A DNA stretch of 21,771 nucleotides, taken from contig QZKZ01000069.1 of assembly GCA_004796465.1 (NCBI GenBank), positions 1-21,771 on the forward strand, read 5' to 3'. How positions within the stretch are numbered: position 1 is the first letter of the stretch; each line of letters begins with the position of its first letter. This document shows, piece by piece, positions 7,798 through 16,103 of the stretch. The notes under the pieces were generated by a model. It saw only the letters and a program-made list of their open reading frames with translations, ran no database searches and had not been told where the DNA came from. A program made the position numbers and the translations under genes. Source of the stretch: Desulfovibrio sp. Its GTDB lineage: Bacteria > Desulfobacterota > Desulfovibrionia > Desulfovibrionales > Desulfovibrionaceae.

Positions 7798-8637
7798 CTA
7801 GCTGACCAGGGCCCCGGCATAGCCCACCACCCGGGAATAATCGCCGCTGGCGTTGCCGGACGTGGCATAGGACACCACCTCGGCCCGGGTCGCCCCAAGC
7901 TCGCGGCAGGCAGACAGGCCCACGGTCATGGGCAGCACCCCGCACATGCTGATGTTCCGGGATCTGACCGTTTGCAGCAAGCCCTCGGGGTCCAGAGCCT
8001 GGACCCGGTCCAGGGCCTGGCTATCCAACTCCTCGGCCGTGGCCTGGGACACATAGTGGCTCATGTCCGAGCTGACTACCATGGCCACATCCTGGGGCCA
8101 CTGCTTGATGACCTCGGCCAGGGCCTTGCCCACGCGGATCAAGGCGTCGAGGTTGGGTTCGCTGACAGCCAAGGCGGCCACGCGCGTGTCCGGGTCCATT
8201 CCCCGCAAAAACGGCAACATCACTTCCAGGGAATGTTCGTGCAGGTGGGCCTCAACATCAAGGGTCACGGCCGGGTCGGCCTTGTCCAGGGCCTGGGTCA
8301 GGTCCTCATCCACGGTGACAGCCCCGCCCGGGATCAGCCATCTGCCGCCGGGCCACAGGGAAAAGCGGGCGCCCCGGCCCGTATGGTTCGGCCCGAGCAA
8401 AAGAATGGTTTTGGGCAGTTCGGCCCGGCCCAATGTTTCGCCCGCCACGCCGCCGGAAAACACGTATCCCGCATGGGGAGCCATGGCCAGCATCACCTTG
8501 CCCAAGGGTTCCAGGGACCGGCCGCGCTGCAAATACTCATCAACTTGCCGTTCAAGAGCTGTGGCGTCGCCTGGATAAAACTGGCCGGCAACAACGGGTT
8601 CCCGGTCCGGGCCAGTGGTTTGCGGGGGTCCGCCCAT
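7798..8637 (-). CDS. MEMO1-family protein (AmmeMemoRadiSam system protein B homologue).
   Basis: VVAGQFYPGD near the N-terminus and conserved His/Asp positions fit the Memo-like fold. I prefer the ATG at 8637 (AGGAGG 5 nt upstream) over the track start at 8703. Confidence 0.75.
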   Translation of the reverse strand: MGGPPQTTGPDREPVVAGQFYPGDATALERQVDEYLQRGRSLEPLGKVMLAMAPHAGYVFSGGVAGETLGRAELPKTILLLGPNHTGRGARFSLWPGGRWLIPGGAVTVDEDLTQALDKADPAVTLDVEAHLHEHSLEVMLPFLRGMDPDTRVAALAVSEPNLDALIRVGKALAEVIKQWPQDVAMVVSSDMSHYVSQATAEELDSQALDRVQALDPEGLLQTVRSRNISMCGVLPMTVGLSACRELGATRAEVVSYATSGNASGDYSRVVGYAGALVS

Positions 8638-8749
8638 GGCTGCCTCCTGGTTCGGATGTTGCGTGGGCCGCCCGGTATAACCGGCGGCATGATGTACCTG
8701 CACGGGTGGGAAGGAGAATATAATAAATGACCAGGAGCGTACAGCAGGG

Positions 8750-11700
8750 CTACATGCTGCCCTGGGGCGTGAATTGCTGGGCTTCCTGCTCCAGGGTGTA
8801 TGTGGACAGCTCTGTGGCGGCCATGCGGCCGTAAAGGGAAGACGCGCTCAACTCCACCAGTTCCTCGAGAATGGCACGCCACATGGCGATGTCGCCGAGC
8901 TTTTTGTAGATCTGGGCCATGCGGTAGCGCATGGCGGGCCAGTTGGCGTCGTCCTGGCCCGTGTATTCGAAATATTGCTCGCCCCAGCCAATGGCCTCGC
9001 GATAGCGGCCCGCGCCCTCGGTAATACCCACGAGCAGGCTCAGGAGATCCTTGATCTTTTCCTCGTCCTGTTCCTCCATTTCCAGCATGGTTTCCAGGCT
9101 GGCAGTGGCGTAATCGTAGGCGTCCTTGAGACGCCCTTCCTCCTTGGCCTCCAGGGCGATGAAAAACAGGATGTAGCCCATGCGTTCGGACTCCACGCCG
9201 CCCTGCTCCGCGAGCTTGCGCCACAGCATGTTGCTCTGCTCGGGCATGTCCAGGTTCTCGTAGGCCAGGGCCATGGCGTAATCCATCTCGGTCTGGGCCT
9301 GGGGAGAAAGTTCCCAGTCTTCCTTGCGTTCGGCCAAGTCGAGCACTTCCTGCCACGCCTGGTTCTCCAGATATATCTTCAAAGCCAGTTGCAGGGCCAT
9401 TTCCGAGTGCCCGGGCATGCCCGCGGAATCGAAAATGGGTTCCAGCAGTGCCAAGGCCTGATCCGCCTCGTTGGTCTCGGCAAAACTCAAAGCCAGGGCA
9501 ATGCGCGTTTCCGGATCGAGCAAGTCCTCATTTTCTGGCAAATACGAATACTGGTCCCAAATTTGCGTCACCCGGTGAAAATCGTTTTCCGCGACCAAAG
9601 ACGTAACGATCTCGTCCAAGGCCAGGAACGCCACTTCCTTGGCCCGGCCTGCCAGCTCGTTTTGGCCGAAGCGGCTCATGAACTTGTCCACGTCGTCCAG
9701 GGTGTCGAAGTAGCGGTTGTTCCACAGGTCCCACATGGCGAGTTTTAATTGGGCCAGGGGAGCCAAGCCGGAATCCGGGTGTTCTTCCACGATGCGCTCG
9801 TAGATCTGCACGGGTTCCATGGTAAAGGGCCGGTCAAATACCGTGAACATGTCCTCCACGCTGGGTGCGTCGTACACCCCTTGTTCAGCCAAACGCATTT
9901 GGGCGATGAGCCCGCCCTCGTCATCGGGGAACTGCATGGAGGTCTGCTCGTAGACTTCCTGGGCAGCCTGGCGCAGGTCCTGGGACACGGCGCTCAAGCG
10001 GTCGGCTTCGCCCGGTTCGCCGGCTTCCATGGCCGCCTCGGCTTGGGAAGCCTCTTCCGCAGACTGGTGCGTGTAGATGTCGCCCAGCCGGGCCAAGATA
10101 TAGTGGGCGTCCTCCACTGTGGGATCAAGATTGTAATACAACCAATAATTCCAGCGCGCCTTGGCATAGTCCCCGTTCTTGTAGCTGATGTCGCCCACCA
10201 GCCGCAGGAAAGGCGGATAGGTCTCGTAAAAACGTGGCCAGCGCACTTCGATGAACTCGGCGTACTCAGCGGCTTGGTCATGGTACCCCAGGTAGCTGAG
10301 GGACTCGGCCAAGCCCAGGGCAGCCTCGCGCACGTAGCGGTTGTCCGGAAAGTTCTGAACCAGATAGTCGAAGTATTCCACGGCCTCTTCATACTTGGCC
10401 TGGTTGAAGAAATACTCGCCCCAATAATAAAAGGTCAGGGGCACGTTCTCGTGGTCGGGATATTTTTCCTCCAGGACCTTGAAATAGGCCCTGGCCTCGT
10501 TTTCATTGCCCACGCGCAGGTTGAGCAACCCCAGGGCCAGCAAGGCGTCCGGCACCTTGTCCGACTCCAGGTTGTAGTTCATGGCCTCGATGTAGGAGGT
10601 GCTGATCATCTCATAGTTGTCCTGAAGCGCGTCGCGGTTGAGGATGAATTGCAGCTCGGCCATGAGGTACATGACGTCTTCGCGCATCTCATCGGGCAAC
10701 TCCGGATGGTAATACAGTCCGCTGACCACTTCAAAGGCCGACTCGTATTCCCCGTTGTTCATGTTGTTCCGGGCTCCAAGCAACACGGTCTCGAAGTCGG
10801 GCAGGGGTTCGCCGTCCTCACCCAGGGGACGCTCTTCCTCGGCGACCGCCGGAGTCTCCTCCACCATGGGTTCCTCGGCCGGAGGTTCTTCCATGCCGGC
10901 CTCTTCCATGGCGGGCTCCCCAAGCCCTTGTTCCTGACCAGGCTCCTCGACTTCTTCGGCCATTCCCTCGGCAGCTTCTTCCATGGGCGTTTCCTCGGCT
11001 GGAGGTTCCTCCACGGAAGCTTCTTCAACCGGTGGTTCCTCAACCGGTGGTTCCTCAACCGGGGATTCCTCGGCAGGTGATTCTTCGACAACAGGGATTT
11101 CTTCGGGCCGTTCTTGTTGTTCGGCCTCTTGTTCCGGTTCTTGGGCAGGTTCGGGCGGCGCATTGAGCGGCACCCGCGTGACGCCCGGCAGCCCCTCGCC
11201 CGGAATGGCCGGGCCTTCCATTGCAGGCTCGCTGGGAGCAGCTTCTTCCATGGCCGGTTCCGCCATGGGTTCGGCTTCTGGGCCTGGATCGGGTTCGACA
11301 GCTGGTTCAGCCTCAGCCACTTCTACGGGTTCTTCCACTGGAGCGGGTTCCTCGGCCACTTCCTCGGTGAGTTCCACGATCTCGGGCTCCGGCTCGGGCT
11401 CGGGCTCGGGCTCGGTCATGGCATCGGCCAGCACGGTCTCCACCACAGGCGCGGCTGCGCCCGTGCCGGACAAGGAACCGTGGAAAATACCAGGTGGTGT
11501 CTCCGCAGCGGTTTCCTCTTGCGGAGTCTCAATCATATCCAGGGGTTCGGCTTCCACTTCCAGCGGTTCAACAGGCGCTGGAGCTTCTGCCTCAATGGCG
11601 GGCTCCGGCTCGGCCATGGGTTCGGCAGCCTCGGGTGCCGGTTCGGGTTCCACGGCAACTTCAGGCTCCGGCGCGGCTTCAGGCTCTGGTTCGACTTCGG

Positions 11701-12322
11701 GCTCGGGCTCGACCGCTACTTCCGGCTCTGGTTCGGGCTCTGGTTCAACAGCAACTTCAGGCTCTGGCTCAGGCTCGGCAGCGACTTCGGGTTCCGGTTC
11801 AGGCTCGGGCTCGGGCTCGATTACAGGTACGGGTTCCGGCTCGGGTTCGGCTTCAACCACTGGCTCGGGTTCAGGCTCGGGCTCCGCCGCGACCCGGGGG
11901 TCCTCCCCTGCGTCGTCGGATTCCCAGCGAGCGCCCACCGGGTCCTCGAAAATGTCCACCGTCAGGGTGCCCGGCGAGGTCGGACGATGGATGTAGCCGA
12001 AGCCGTTGGTGGACAAGGTGATGCTCAAACCATTGGCGCTGACCAGGATGCCGCTGATGAGCCGCGACGAGCCGAGCAATGGCGGCGAAGGCGGCCCGCC
12101 GGGCCACGAAGCCGGAGACAGGGACAGGGTCAATTCCGTGGTTTCCGTGCGGGAAAGATAATACGCGGGCATGTCCTGGCCAAAGGCAATGGTCAGCCGT
12201 TCCCGGCCTTCGCCCACGTCAAGGCTGAGCTGGGCTCCCCGGGCGGGAGCCAAGGCGGCGAGCCAGAGTATGCTCGCCAGGAAAAGTGTCCAGGCATGCC
12301 TGGAACGCATCAGGGATGTCAC
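8750..12322 (-). CDS. Large (~1190 aa) periplasmic protein with a signal peptide, an AMIN-like beta domain, a highly acidic Glu-Pro repeat linker (~350 aa) and a ~700-aa TPR region.
   Basis: After the GTG track start there is an in-frame ATG at 12310 giving the signal peptide [25 protein letters not shown]. Residues ~30-130 ([16 protein letters not shown]...GTLTVDIF) resemble the AMIN domain of AmiC/PilQ. The low-complexity segment is [19 protein letters not shown]... The C-terminal region carries many TPR-like W/Y/A/F patterns ([14 protein letters not shown]..., [15 protein letters not shown]...). Confidence 0.75.
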   Translation of the reverse strand: MTSLMRSRHAWTLFLASILWLAALAPARGAQLSLDVGEGRERLTIAFGQDMPAYYLSRTETTELTLSLSPASWPGGPPSPPLLGSSRLISGILVSANGLSITLSTNGFGYIHRPTSPGTLTVDIFEDPVGARWESDDAGEDPRVAAEPEPEPEPVVEAEPEPEPVPVIEPEPEPEPEPEVAAEPEPEPEVAVEPEPEPEPEVAVEPEPEVEPEPEAAPEPEVAVEPEPAPEAAEPMAEPEPAIEAEAPAPVEPLEVEAEPLDMIETPQEETAAETPPGIFHGSLSGTGAAAPVVETVLADAMTEPEPEPEPEPEIVELTEEVAEEPAPVEEPVEVAEAEPAVEPDPGPEAEPMAEPAMEEAAPSEPAMEGPAIPGEGLPGVTRVPLNAPPEPAQEPEQEAEQQERPEEIPVVEESPAEESPVEEPPVEEPPVEEASVEEPPAEETPMEEAAEGMAEEVEEPGQEQGLGEPAMEEAGMEEPPAEEPMVEETPAVAEEERPLGEDGEPLPDFETVLLGARNNMNNGEYESAFEVVSGLYYHPELPDEMREDVMYLMAELQFILNRDALQDNYEMISTSYIEAMNYNLESDKVPDALLALGLLNLRVGNENEARAYFKVLEEKYPDHENVPLTFYYWGEYFFNQAKYEEAVEYFDYLVQNFPDNRYVREAALGLAESLSYLGYHDQAAEYAEFIEVRWPRFYETYPPFLRLVGDISYKNGDYAKARWNYWLYYNLDPTVEDAHYILARLGDIYTHQSAEEASQAEAAMEAGEPGEADRLSAVSQDLRQAAQEVYEQTSMQFPDDEGGLIAQMRLAEQGVYDAPSVEDMFTVFDRPFTMEPVQIYERIVEEHPDSGLAPLAQLKLAMWDLWNNRYFDTLDDVDKFMSRFGQNELAGRAKEVAFLALDEIVTSLVAENDFHRVTQIWDQYSYLPENEDLLDPETRIALALSFAETNEADQALALLEPIFDSAGMPGHSEMALQLALKIYLENQAWQEVLDLAERKEDWELSPQAQTEMDYAMALAYENLDMPEQSNMLWRKLAEQGGVESERMGYILFFIALEAKEEGRLKDAYDYATASLETMLEMEEQDEEKIKDLLSLLVGITEGAGRYREAIGWGEQYFEYTGQDDANWPAMRYRMAQIYKKLGDIAMWRAILEELVELSASSLYGRMAATELSTYTLEQEAQQFTPQGSM
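11384..11900. repeat. Imperfect tandem hexa/tri-nucleotide repeats (GGCTCG/GGTTCN)n encoding the Glu-Pro acidic linker of the TPR protein.
   Basis: For example, 11381-11415 reads ctcgggctccggctcgggctcgggctcgggctcgg. Similar units continue through ~11900. A 15-bp unit ggttcctcaaccggt is repeated at ~11030-11065. Confidence 0.8.
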
Positions 12323-12390
12323 GGCAAAACCCGTGCAAATACCATGCTATAAGGTGGATCAAAGGGGTTGGACCGGCCCTCCGGTGCTGC

Positions 12391-13407
12391 CTACAGATCC
12401 AACTGCTTCTTTTTGAGCTTCTCAATGAGCGTGGTGCGCTTGATGCCGAGAATCTCCGCTGCCTGGTTCTTGACGCCGTCAGCCATGTGCATGGCCTCGC
12501 GCAGCAGATTGTCCTCGATCTCCTCAAGAAATTCCTTGAGCCCGCCGCCATGGTCGCTCAAATCCGAAATCGTGGGCCAGGTGAAACCCTGGGCGGACTG
12601 CTCTTCCTTGGCGACCACGCGGCATTCCAAGGCGCCCACCTCGGTGAGTATCTTGCGCGGCAGATCCTCGGGCTGGATCGTCTCATTATCGCACAAGATG
12701 GACATGCGCTCCATGAAATTTTCCAGCTCGCGCACGTTGCCGGGCCACGAATACGCCTTGAGCAGCTTCTCGGCTTGGGGGTCCAGGGCGAGCATGGAGC
12801 GGCCCTTTTTTTCGCTGAAACGCTTGATGAACGTCTTGGCCAGGAGCGTAATGTCCTGGCCCCGCTCGCGCAGGGGCGGCAAATGCAAGGGAATGACGTT
12901 GAGGCGGTAATACAAGTCCTCGCGGAACTTGCCAGTGCGGACTTCTTCTTCCAAGTCGCGGTTGGTGGCGGCCACAATGCGCACGTCCACTTTCTTGGCC
13001 GAGGTTCCGCCTACCCGCTCGAATTCCTTTTCCTGCAGCACCCGCAAGATCTTGACTTGCAGGCTCAGGTCCATTTCACCGATTTCATCGAGAAAGATGG
13101 TGCCGCCGTCCGCCAATTCAAAACGCCCAGGGCGGGAGCGGATGGCGTGGGTGAACGCGCCCTTTTCGTGGCCGAACAGCTCGGATTCGAGCAATTCCTT
13201 GGGGATCGCGCCGCAATTGATGGGCACAAAGGGCTGTTCCGCGCGAAGGCTGTTGGTGTGCAAGGCCCGGACAAGCAATTCCTTGCCCGTGCCCGACTCT
13301 CCCGTGACCAGAACCGTGCTGTCCGTGGGCGCCACCTTGGCCAGGACCGTGAACACCTCGTCCAGGGCCGGGCTCTTGCCCACCATTCCACCGACCTTGA
13401 GACCCAT
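12391..13407 (-). CDS. Sigma-54-dependent transcriptional activator, PspF-like: AAA+ sigma-54 interaction domain plus C-terminal Fis-type HTH, with no N-terminal receiver/sensor domain.
   Basis: Walker A GESGTGKE lies at residues 36-43. ESELFGHEKGAFTHA is a GAFTGA-loop variant with His at the 5th position, confirmed by direct translation (complement of 13147-13149 is CAC). The arginine-finger region and the C-terminal HTH (AAEILGIKRTTLIEKLKK) are present. Only ~35 aa precede the Walker A, as in PspF. Confidence 0.9.
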   Translation of the reverse strand: MGLKVGGMVGKSPALDEVFTVLAKVAPTDSTVLVTGESGTGKELLVRALHTNSLRAEQPFVPINCGAIPKELLESELFGHEKGAFTHAIRSRPGRFELADGGTIFLDEIGEMDLSLQVKILRVLQEKEFERVGGTSAKKVDVRIVAATNRDLEEEVRTGKFREDLYYRLNVIPLHLPPLRERGQDITLLAKTFIKRFSEKKGRSMLALDPQAEKLLKAYSWPGNVRELENFMERMSILCDNETIQPEDLPRKILTEVGALECRVVAKEEQSAQGFTWPTISDLSDHGGGLKEFLEEIEDNLLREAMHMADGVKNQAAEILGIKRTTLIEKLKKKQLDL

Positions 13408-13541
13408 GGCTTGCCCTTTTCCTCGTATGAGCGCAAAAGTCCCGTGTTCAGGACCTTCCCGGGACCGGGACTCCCCCTAGCCGTCAAGAATATGACAGAA
13501 AACACGGGAAAAATCTAGAAAAAAACTATATTTTAACGCAG

Positions 13542-13569
13542 AAAGCGGCTCCCCAAGGGAAGCCGCTTT
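13542..13569 (-). terminator. Rho-independent terminator-like hairpin downstream of the flagellar rod-family gene (functional in either orientation).
   Basis: AAAGCGGCTcc-ccaag-ggAAGCCGCTTT forms a ~10-bp stem with one bulge. A T-run follows on the plus side. On the minus side a U-rich stretch (UUUUUUU) starts ~16 nt after the stem. Confidence 0.5.
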
Positions 13570-13603
13570 ATTGTTCATAGAAACAAACTGGTTAAGGAGA
13601 GTG

Positions 13604-13987
13604 CTAAATCAGCTCATTGATCATTGTCCCGGTCATTTCATCCCAGGTGCGGATGGCCGCCACATTGGCCTCATAAGCGCGCTGGTACACGCTCAAGTTG
13701 ACCATTTCCCTGGCCAGGTCCGTATTGGAGCCTTCCACGTACTGGTATTCGGTCTCCACATAGCCGGTGGTCGGGTCTTCCACCGTGGTCAGGGTGGGCT
13801 TGAGCGGCCCCGGAGTGGTGGACTCACGTATCTCGGCCACGGACACGCCCTGGCCGTCAGGTCCGGTTTCCAAATGGGCCCGGCTGTGCTTGAACTCGTC
13901 CGTATTGACGTTGGCTATGTTGTTGGCCGTCACCGCCGTGCCCACGGACAGGGCGGTAAGGGCCTGAAGATTGGCGTCCACGCGCAT
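13604..13987 (-). CDS. Flagellar basal-body rod family protein (FlgB/FlgC-like), an orphan not sitting in a flgBC operon.
   Basis: The N-terminal motif ANNIANVNTDEFK matches the flg_bb_rod N signature NNxANxNTxGYK. The C-terminal motif DLAREMVNLSVYQRAYEANVAAIRT matches the flg_bbr_C signature. An AGGAGG ribosome-binding site lies 5 nt upstream of the ATG. Confidence 0.65.
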   Translation of the reverse strand: MRVDANLQALTALSVGTAVTANNIANVNTDEFKHSRAHLETGPDGQGVSVAEIRESTTPGPLKPTLTTVEDPTTGYVETEYQYVEGSNTDLAREMVNLSVYQRAYEANVAAIRTWDEMTGTMINELI

Positions 13988-14002
13988 GGCGGACCTCCTT
14001 GG

Positions 14003-14024
14003 CTATAGTCTAACTATAGTCTTA
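14003..14024. repeat. Tandem 11-bp direct repeat CTATAGTCTAA / CTATAGTCTTA in the 5' leader of the rod-family gene.
   Basis: Read directly from the sequence. Each unit starts with the palindromic hexamer CTATAG. Confidence 0.7.
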
Positions 14025-14050
14025 TCGGCGGAAAAGTCCAGTTTCTTAAG
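14022..14050 (-). promoter_or_regulatory. Sigma-28 (FliA)-type promoter candidate for the rod-family gene: exact -10 GCCGATAA with a weak -35 (TAAGAAAC).
   Basis: On the minus strand the sequence reads ...cTTAAGAAACtggacttttccGCCGATAAgactatag... The -10 octamer matches the FliA consensus GCCGATAA exactly (plus 14022-14029 = ttatcggc). The -35 matches TAAA-type only partially, with ~11-12 nt spacing. The motif sits ~35 nt upstream of the start codon. Confidence 0.5.
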
Positions 14051-14061
14051 GCCTAAGAAGT

Positions 14062-14850
14062 TTATTTCTCTTTTTCAAGATCCTGTTCAATCGCGGCAAA
14101 TGCATTATGGTTGTGGATGGATTCAAAGCTTTCCACCTCGACCCGGAACCAGGTCATTTGGGGGTGCTCAGCCAGGGCGGCTGCTGCATTGCGCACCGCG
14201 TCCTCAACAAAGGTGGGGTTAGCGAACGCGGTCTCGGTCACCGCTTTTTCATCCTCGCGCTTGAGCAAAGTATAGACCGGAGAAGAGGCGCAGCCCTCGG
14301 CTATGGCGATGAGGTCTTCCAGCCACACCAAGCCCGTGAAGCGGCAGGAGATGCGCACCGCTGCCCGCTGGCTGTGCGCGCCGCCGTCGCAAATGGCCAG
14401 AGAGCACGGGCACACGGTCATGACCGGCGTTTCCACGGACAGCTCGTAGTTGGGTTGGTCCTGGCCGTGTTCCAGCTCTCCGCTCACGCGGCAATCATAG
14501 GAGAGCAAGCCGGGGCTGCCTGTGGCCGGGGCCTGTTTTTCCATGAAATAGGGAAAGGTGAACAGCAAGTGGGAGCGCCGGGCCTGGAGCCGGGTGCGCA
14601 CGTCCCTGAGCAGGGTGGTCATGGACTGGTGGTCCAGGTCCTCGGACCAGTTTTCCAGGGCCTCCACGAACCGGCTCATGTGTGTGCCCTTGAACTCGGC
14701 AGGCAGGTCAACGGAAAGATCGACCTCGGCCACGGTGTGCTGCACGCCCTTGGCCCGGTCCCGTACCCGCACGGGCAGTTTGAGCCCGCGCACGCCCACC
14801 CGGTCGATGCCCATGGCCACTTGGGAAGGGGAACTCTGCACGTCCTGCAT
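14062..14850 (-). CDS. folE2: GTP cyclohydrolase FolE2/MptA family (GTP cyclohydrolase IB).
   Basis: 262 aa with the characteristic GTHMSRF motif and a Cys/His cluster ([15 protein letters not shown]). Length and motifs fit COG1469. Confidence 0.8.
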   Translation of the reverse strand: MQDVQSSPSQVAMGIDRVGVRGLKLPVRVRDRAKGVQHTVAEVDLSVDLPAEFKGTHMSRFVEALENWSEDLDHQSMTTLLRDVRTRLQARRSHLLFTFPYFMEKQAPATGSPGLLSYDCRVSGELEHGQDQPNYELSVETPVMTVCPCSLAICDGGAHSQRAAVRISCRFTGLVWLEDLIAIAEGCASSPVYTLLKREDEKAVTETAFANPTFVEDAVRNAAAALAEHPQMTWFRVEVESFESIHNHNAFAAIEQDLEKEK

Positions 14851-15269
14851 CAGACCAAGTCCTGTCCAGTGGTGGTCAGGGTGAGACGGCCGTGCTTGAC
14901 GCCCTTGGTGGAGATCAGGGTTTGGCCGAGATTGCGCACGGCCTGGCCCGGCCCCCTGAGCACCAGGACCTCCAGGCAGTTGTCATGGTCCAGGTGCACG
15001 TGCAGGGTGGACAACACCACGTCATGGGACTCGTGCTGCAACTCAATGAGCCGCTGGGCCAAGTCGCTTTTGTGGTGGTCGTAGACCAGGGTCAGGGTGC
15101 CCGCGATCTCCTTGTCCGTGTCCTCCCACTCCTTTTGCACCAGGGTGTTGCGGATCAGGTCGCGGATGGCCTCGGAACGCGTTTGGTAACACTTTTCGCG
15201 GCACAGTTCGTCAAAGCGGTCCAGAAGCTCGGAGTCCAACGATACTCCAAAACGGATGGTCTTGCCCAT
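14850..15269 (-). CDS. nikR: Nickel-responsive transcriptional regulator NikR (ribbon-helix-helix plus C-terminal metal-binding domain).
   Basis: The start is ATG at 15269 ([20 protein letters not shown]...) with a GAGGAGGG ribosome-binding site. The C-terminal nickel-site residues H..HxDHxxC ([11 protein letters not shown]) are present. The stop TGA overlaps the folE2 ATG (ATGA, 14848-14852). Confidence 0.8.
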   Translation of the reverse strand: MGKTIRFGVSLDSELLDRFDELCREKCYQTRSEAIRDLIRNTLVQKEWEDTDKEIAGTLTLVYDHHKSDLAQRLIELQHESHDVVLSTLHVHLDHDNCLEVLVLRGPGQAVRNLGQTLISTKGVKHGRLTLTTTGQDLV

Positions 15270-15295
15270 GGATACCCTCCTCAAGATATTCCGTG

Positions 15296-16000
15296 TCAGC
15301 CGTCTTTACGCCTGAGTTCCCACACATTGACCGGGACCCGGACCTTGCTCGCATAGGGCGGGTCGAATGAGCGGGCCGCCACTTGGCGGCAGTCCCAACC
15401 CGTGCTCAGAACATGGTCCACAAAATCCTCGTACAGCCTGCGGCCGGGCTCGGCCAGCCAAGCCACGCCGCCCGGCGCCAGGACCTGGCTCAGAAAATCG
15501 CTGACCGGCTCAATGAACCGTTTTTCGTACATCACATCAGCGCCCCAGATCACAGGGGCGCAGCCGCGGCGAAAACAGGGTTCACGCCAATCCGCGAGCA
15601 GCCAGGCAATACCGTCCATGCCATTTTTCGGCCCATTGATCCTCGCAAACCCCAAAGCATCGGCTTCATAATCGATCCCCACGACTCGTCCGCCCAAGGA
15701 CGCGCCAACAAGCGCCGTGAGACCCAAGCCGCAGCCCAAGTCCAGGCAGAGCTTGCCCTCTATGCGGACCTGCTGTTCGGCCAACCACTCACCCAAGCCC
15801 AGGGACGAGGGCCAGATTTCGGTCCAATAGGGGATGCGCTCGTCATCCCCGAAATCTTCCTCGCCCAATTGGTCCCAGAGCTGGGCAAGGTCGCCCGCAC
15901 GTTCCAATTGCCAGGTCCTGCCGGCAAGATCGATTTCCAGAAGGGGGCCGGACTGGTCCGGCAAGGGTTGCGGATTGCACGATCGGCACACCATGTCCAT
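15296..16000 (-). CDS. Class I SAM-dependent methyltransferase, Methyltransf_16-like (putative protein-lysine N-methyltransferase).
   Basis: The SAM-binding motif I is [14 protein letters not shown]. The N-terminal region [19 protein letters not shown] resembles lysine-methyltransferase family members. The ATG at 16000 (MDMVC...) is chosen over the track's GTG at 16012. The gene ends 26 nt upstream of nikR. Confidence 0.65.
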   Translation of the reverse strand: MDMVCRSCNPQPLPDQSGPLLEIDLAGRTWQLERAGDLAQLWDQLGEEDFGDDERIPYWTEIWPSSLGLGEWLAEQQVRIEGKLCLDLGCGLGLTALVGASLGGRVVGIDYEADALGFARINGPKNGMDGIAWLLADWREPCFRRGCAPVIWGADVMYEKRFIEPVSDFLSQVLAPGGVAWLAEPGRRLYEDFVDHVLSTGWDCRQVAARSFDPPYASKVRVPVNVWELRRKDG

Positions 16001-16073
16001 TTCTCGTAACACGCACTATGCCTGTTTACCCGGATCAAGGCAAGGGTTGGTTGAGGAATCACCGAGTCAAGAT

Positions 16074-16103
16074 GATCCGAATCAGGACGATCCGGATCAG
16101 GCT
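16074..16103. repeat. Tandem 15-bp direct repeat GATCCGAATCAGGAC / GATCCGGATCAGGCT. Each unit contains the palindrome GATCCGGATC or GATCCGAATC. A third degenerate copy lies at ~16029-16040.
   Basis: Read directly from the sequence. It lies upstream of the methyltransferase gene and overlaps the ABC-F stop codon (16097-16099). Confidence 0.6.

Noticed and set aside
8493-9356. 287-aa minus-strand ORF overlapping the 3' end of the TPR gene and the Memo-like start.
   Set aside because: It is an alternative frame on the same strand and is Arg/Gly/Pro-rich with no motifs. It overlaps two better-supported genes.
8774-12352. Series of long plus-strand ORFs (8774..9748, 9749..11080, 10983..11996, 11114..12352, 11494..12021), the last two with Gly/Ser/Thr or Arg/Leu-rich low-complexity translations.
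   Set aside because: They are antisense or shifted readings of the TPR/acidic-repeat gene. Their low-complexity stretches are just the complementary reading of the GGCTCG repeats. The minus-strand frame has a signal peptide, AMIN and TPR features.
12323-12390. Sigma-54 promoter upstream of the TPR gene (minus-strand TTGCAC-gggtt-TTGCC).
   Set aside because: The near-invariant -24 GG dinucleotide is replaced by TG. I judged this insufficient.
12286-13518. 410-aa plus-strand ORF.
   Set aside because: It is antisense to the sigma-54 activator, whose Walker A, GAFTHA and HTH features are unambiguous.
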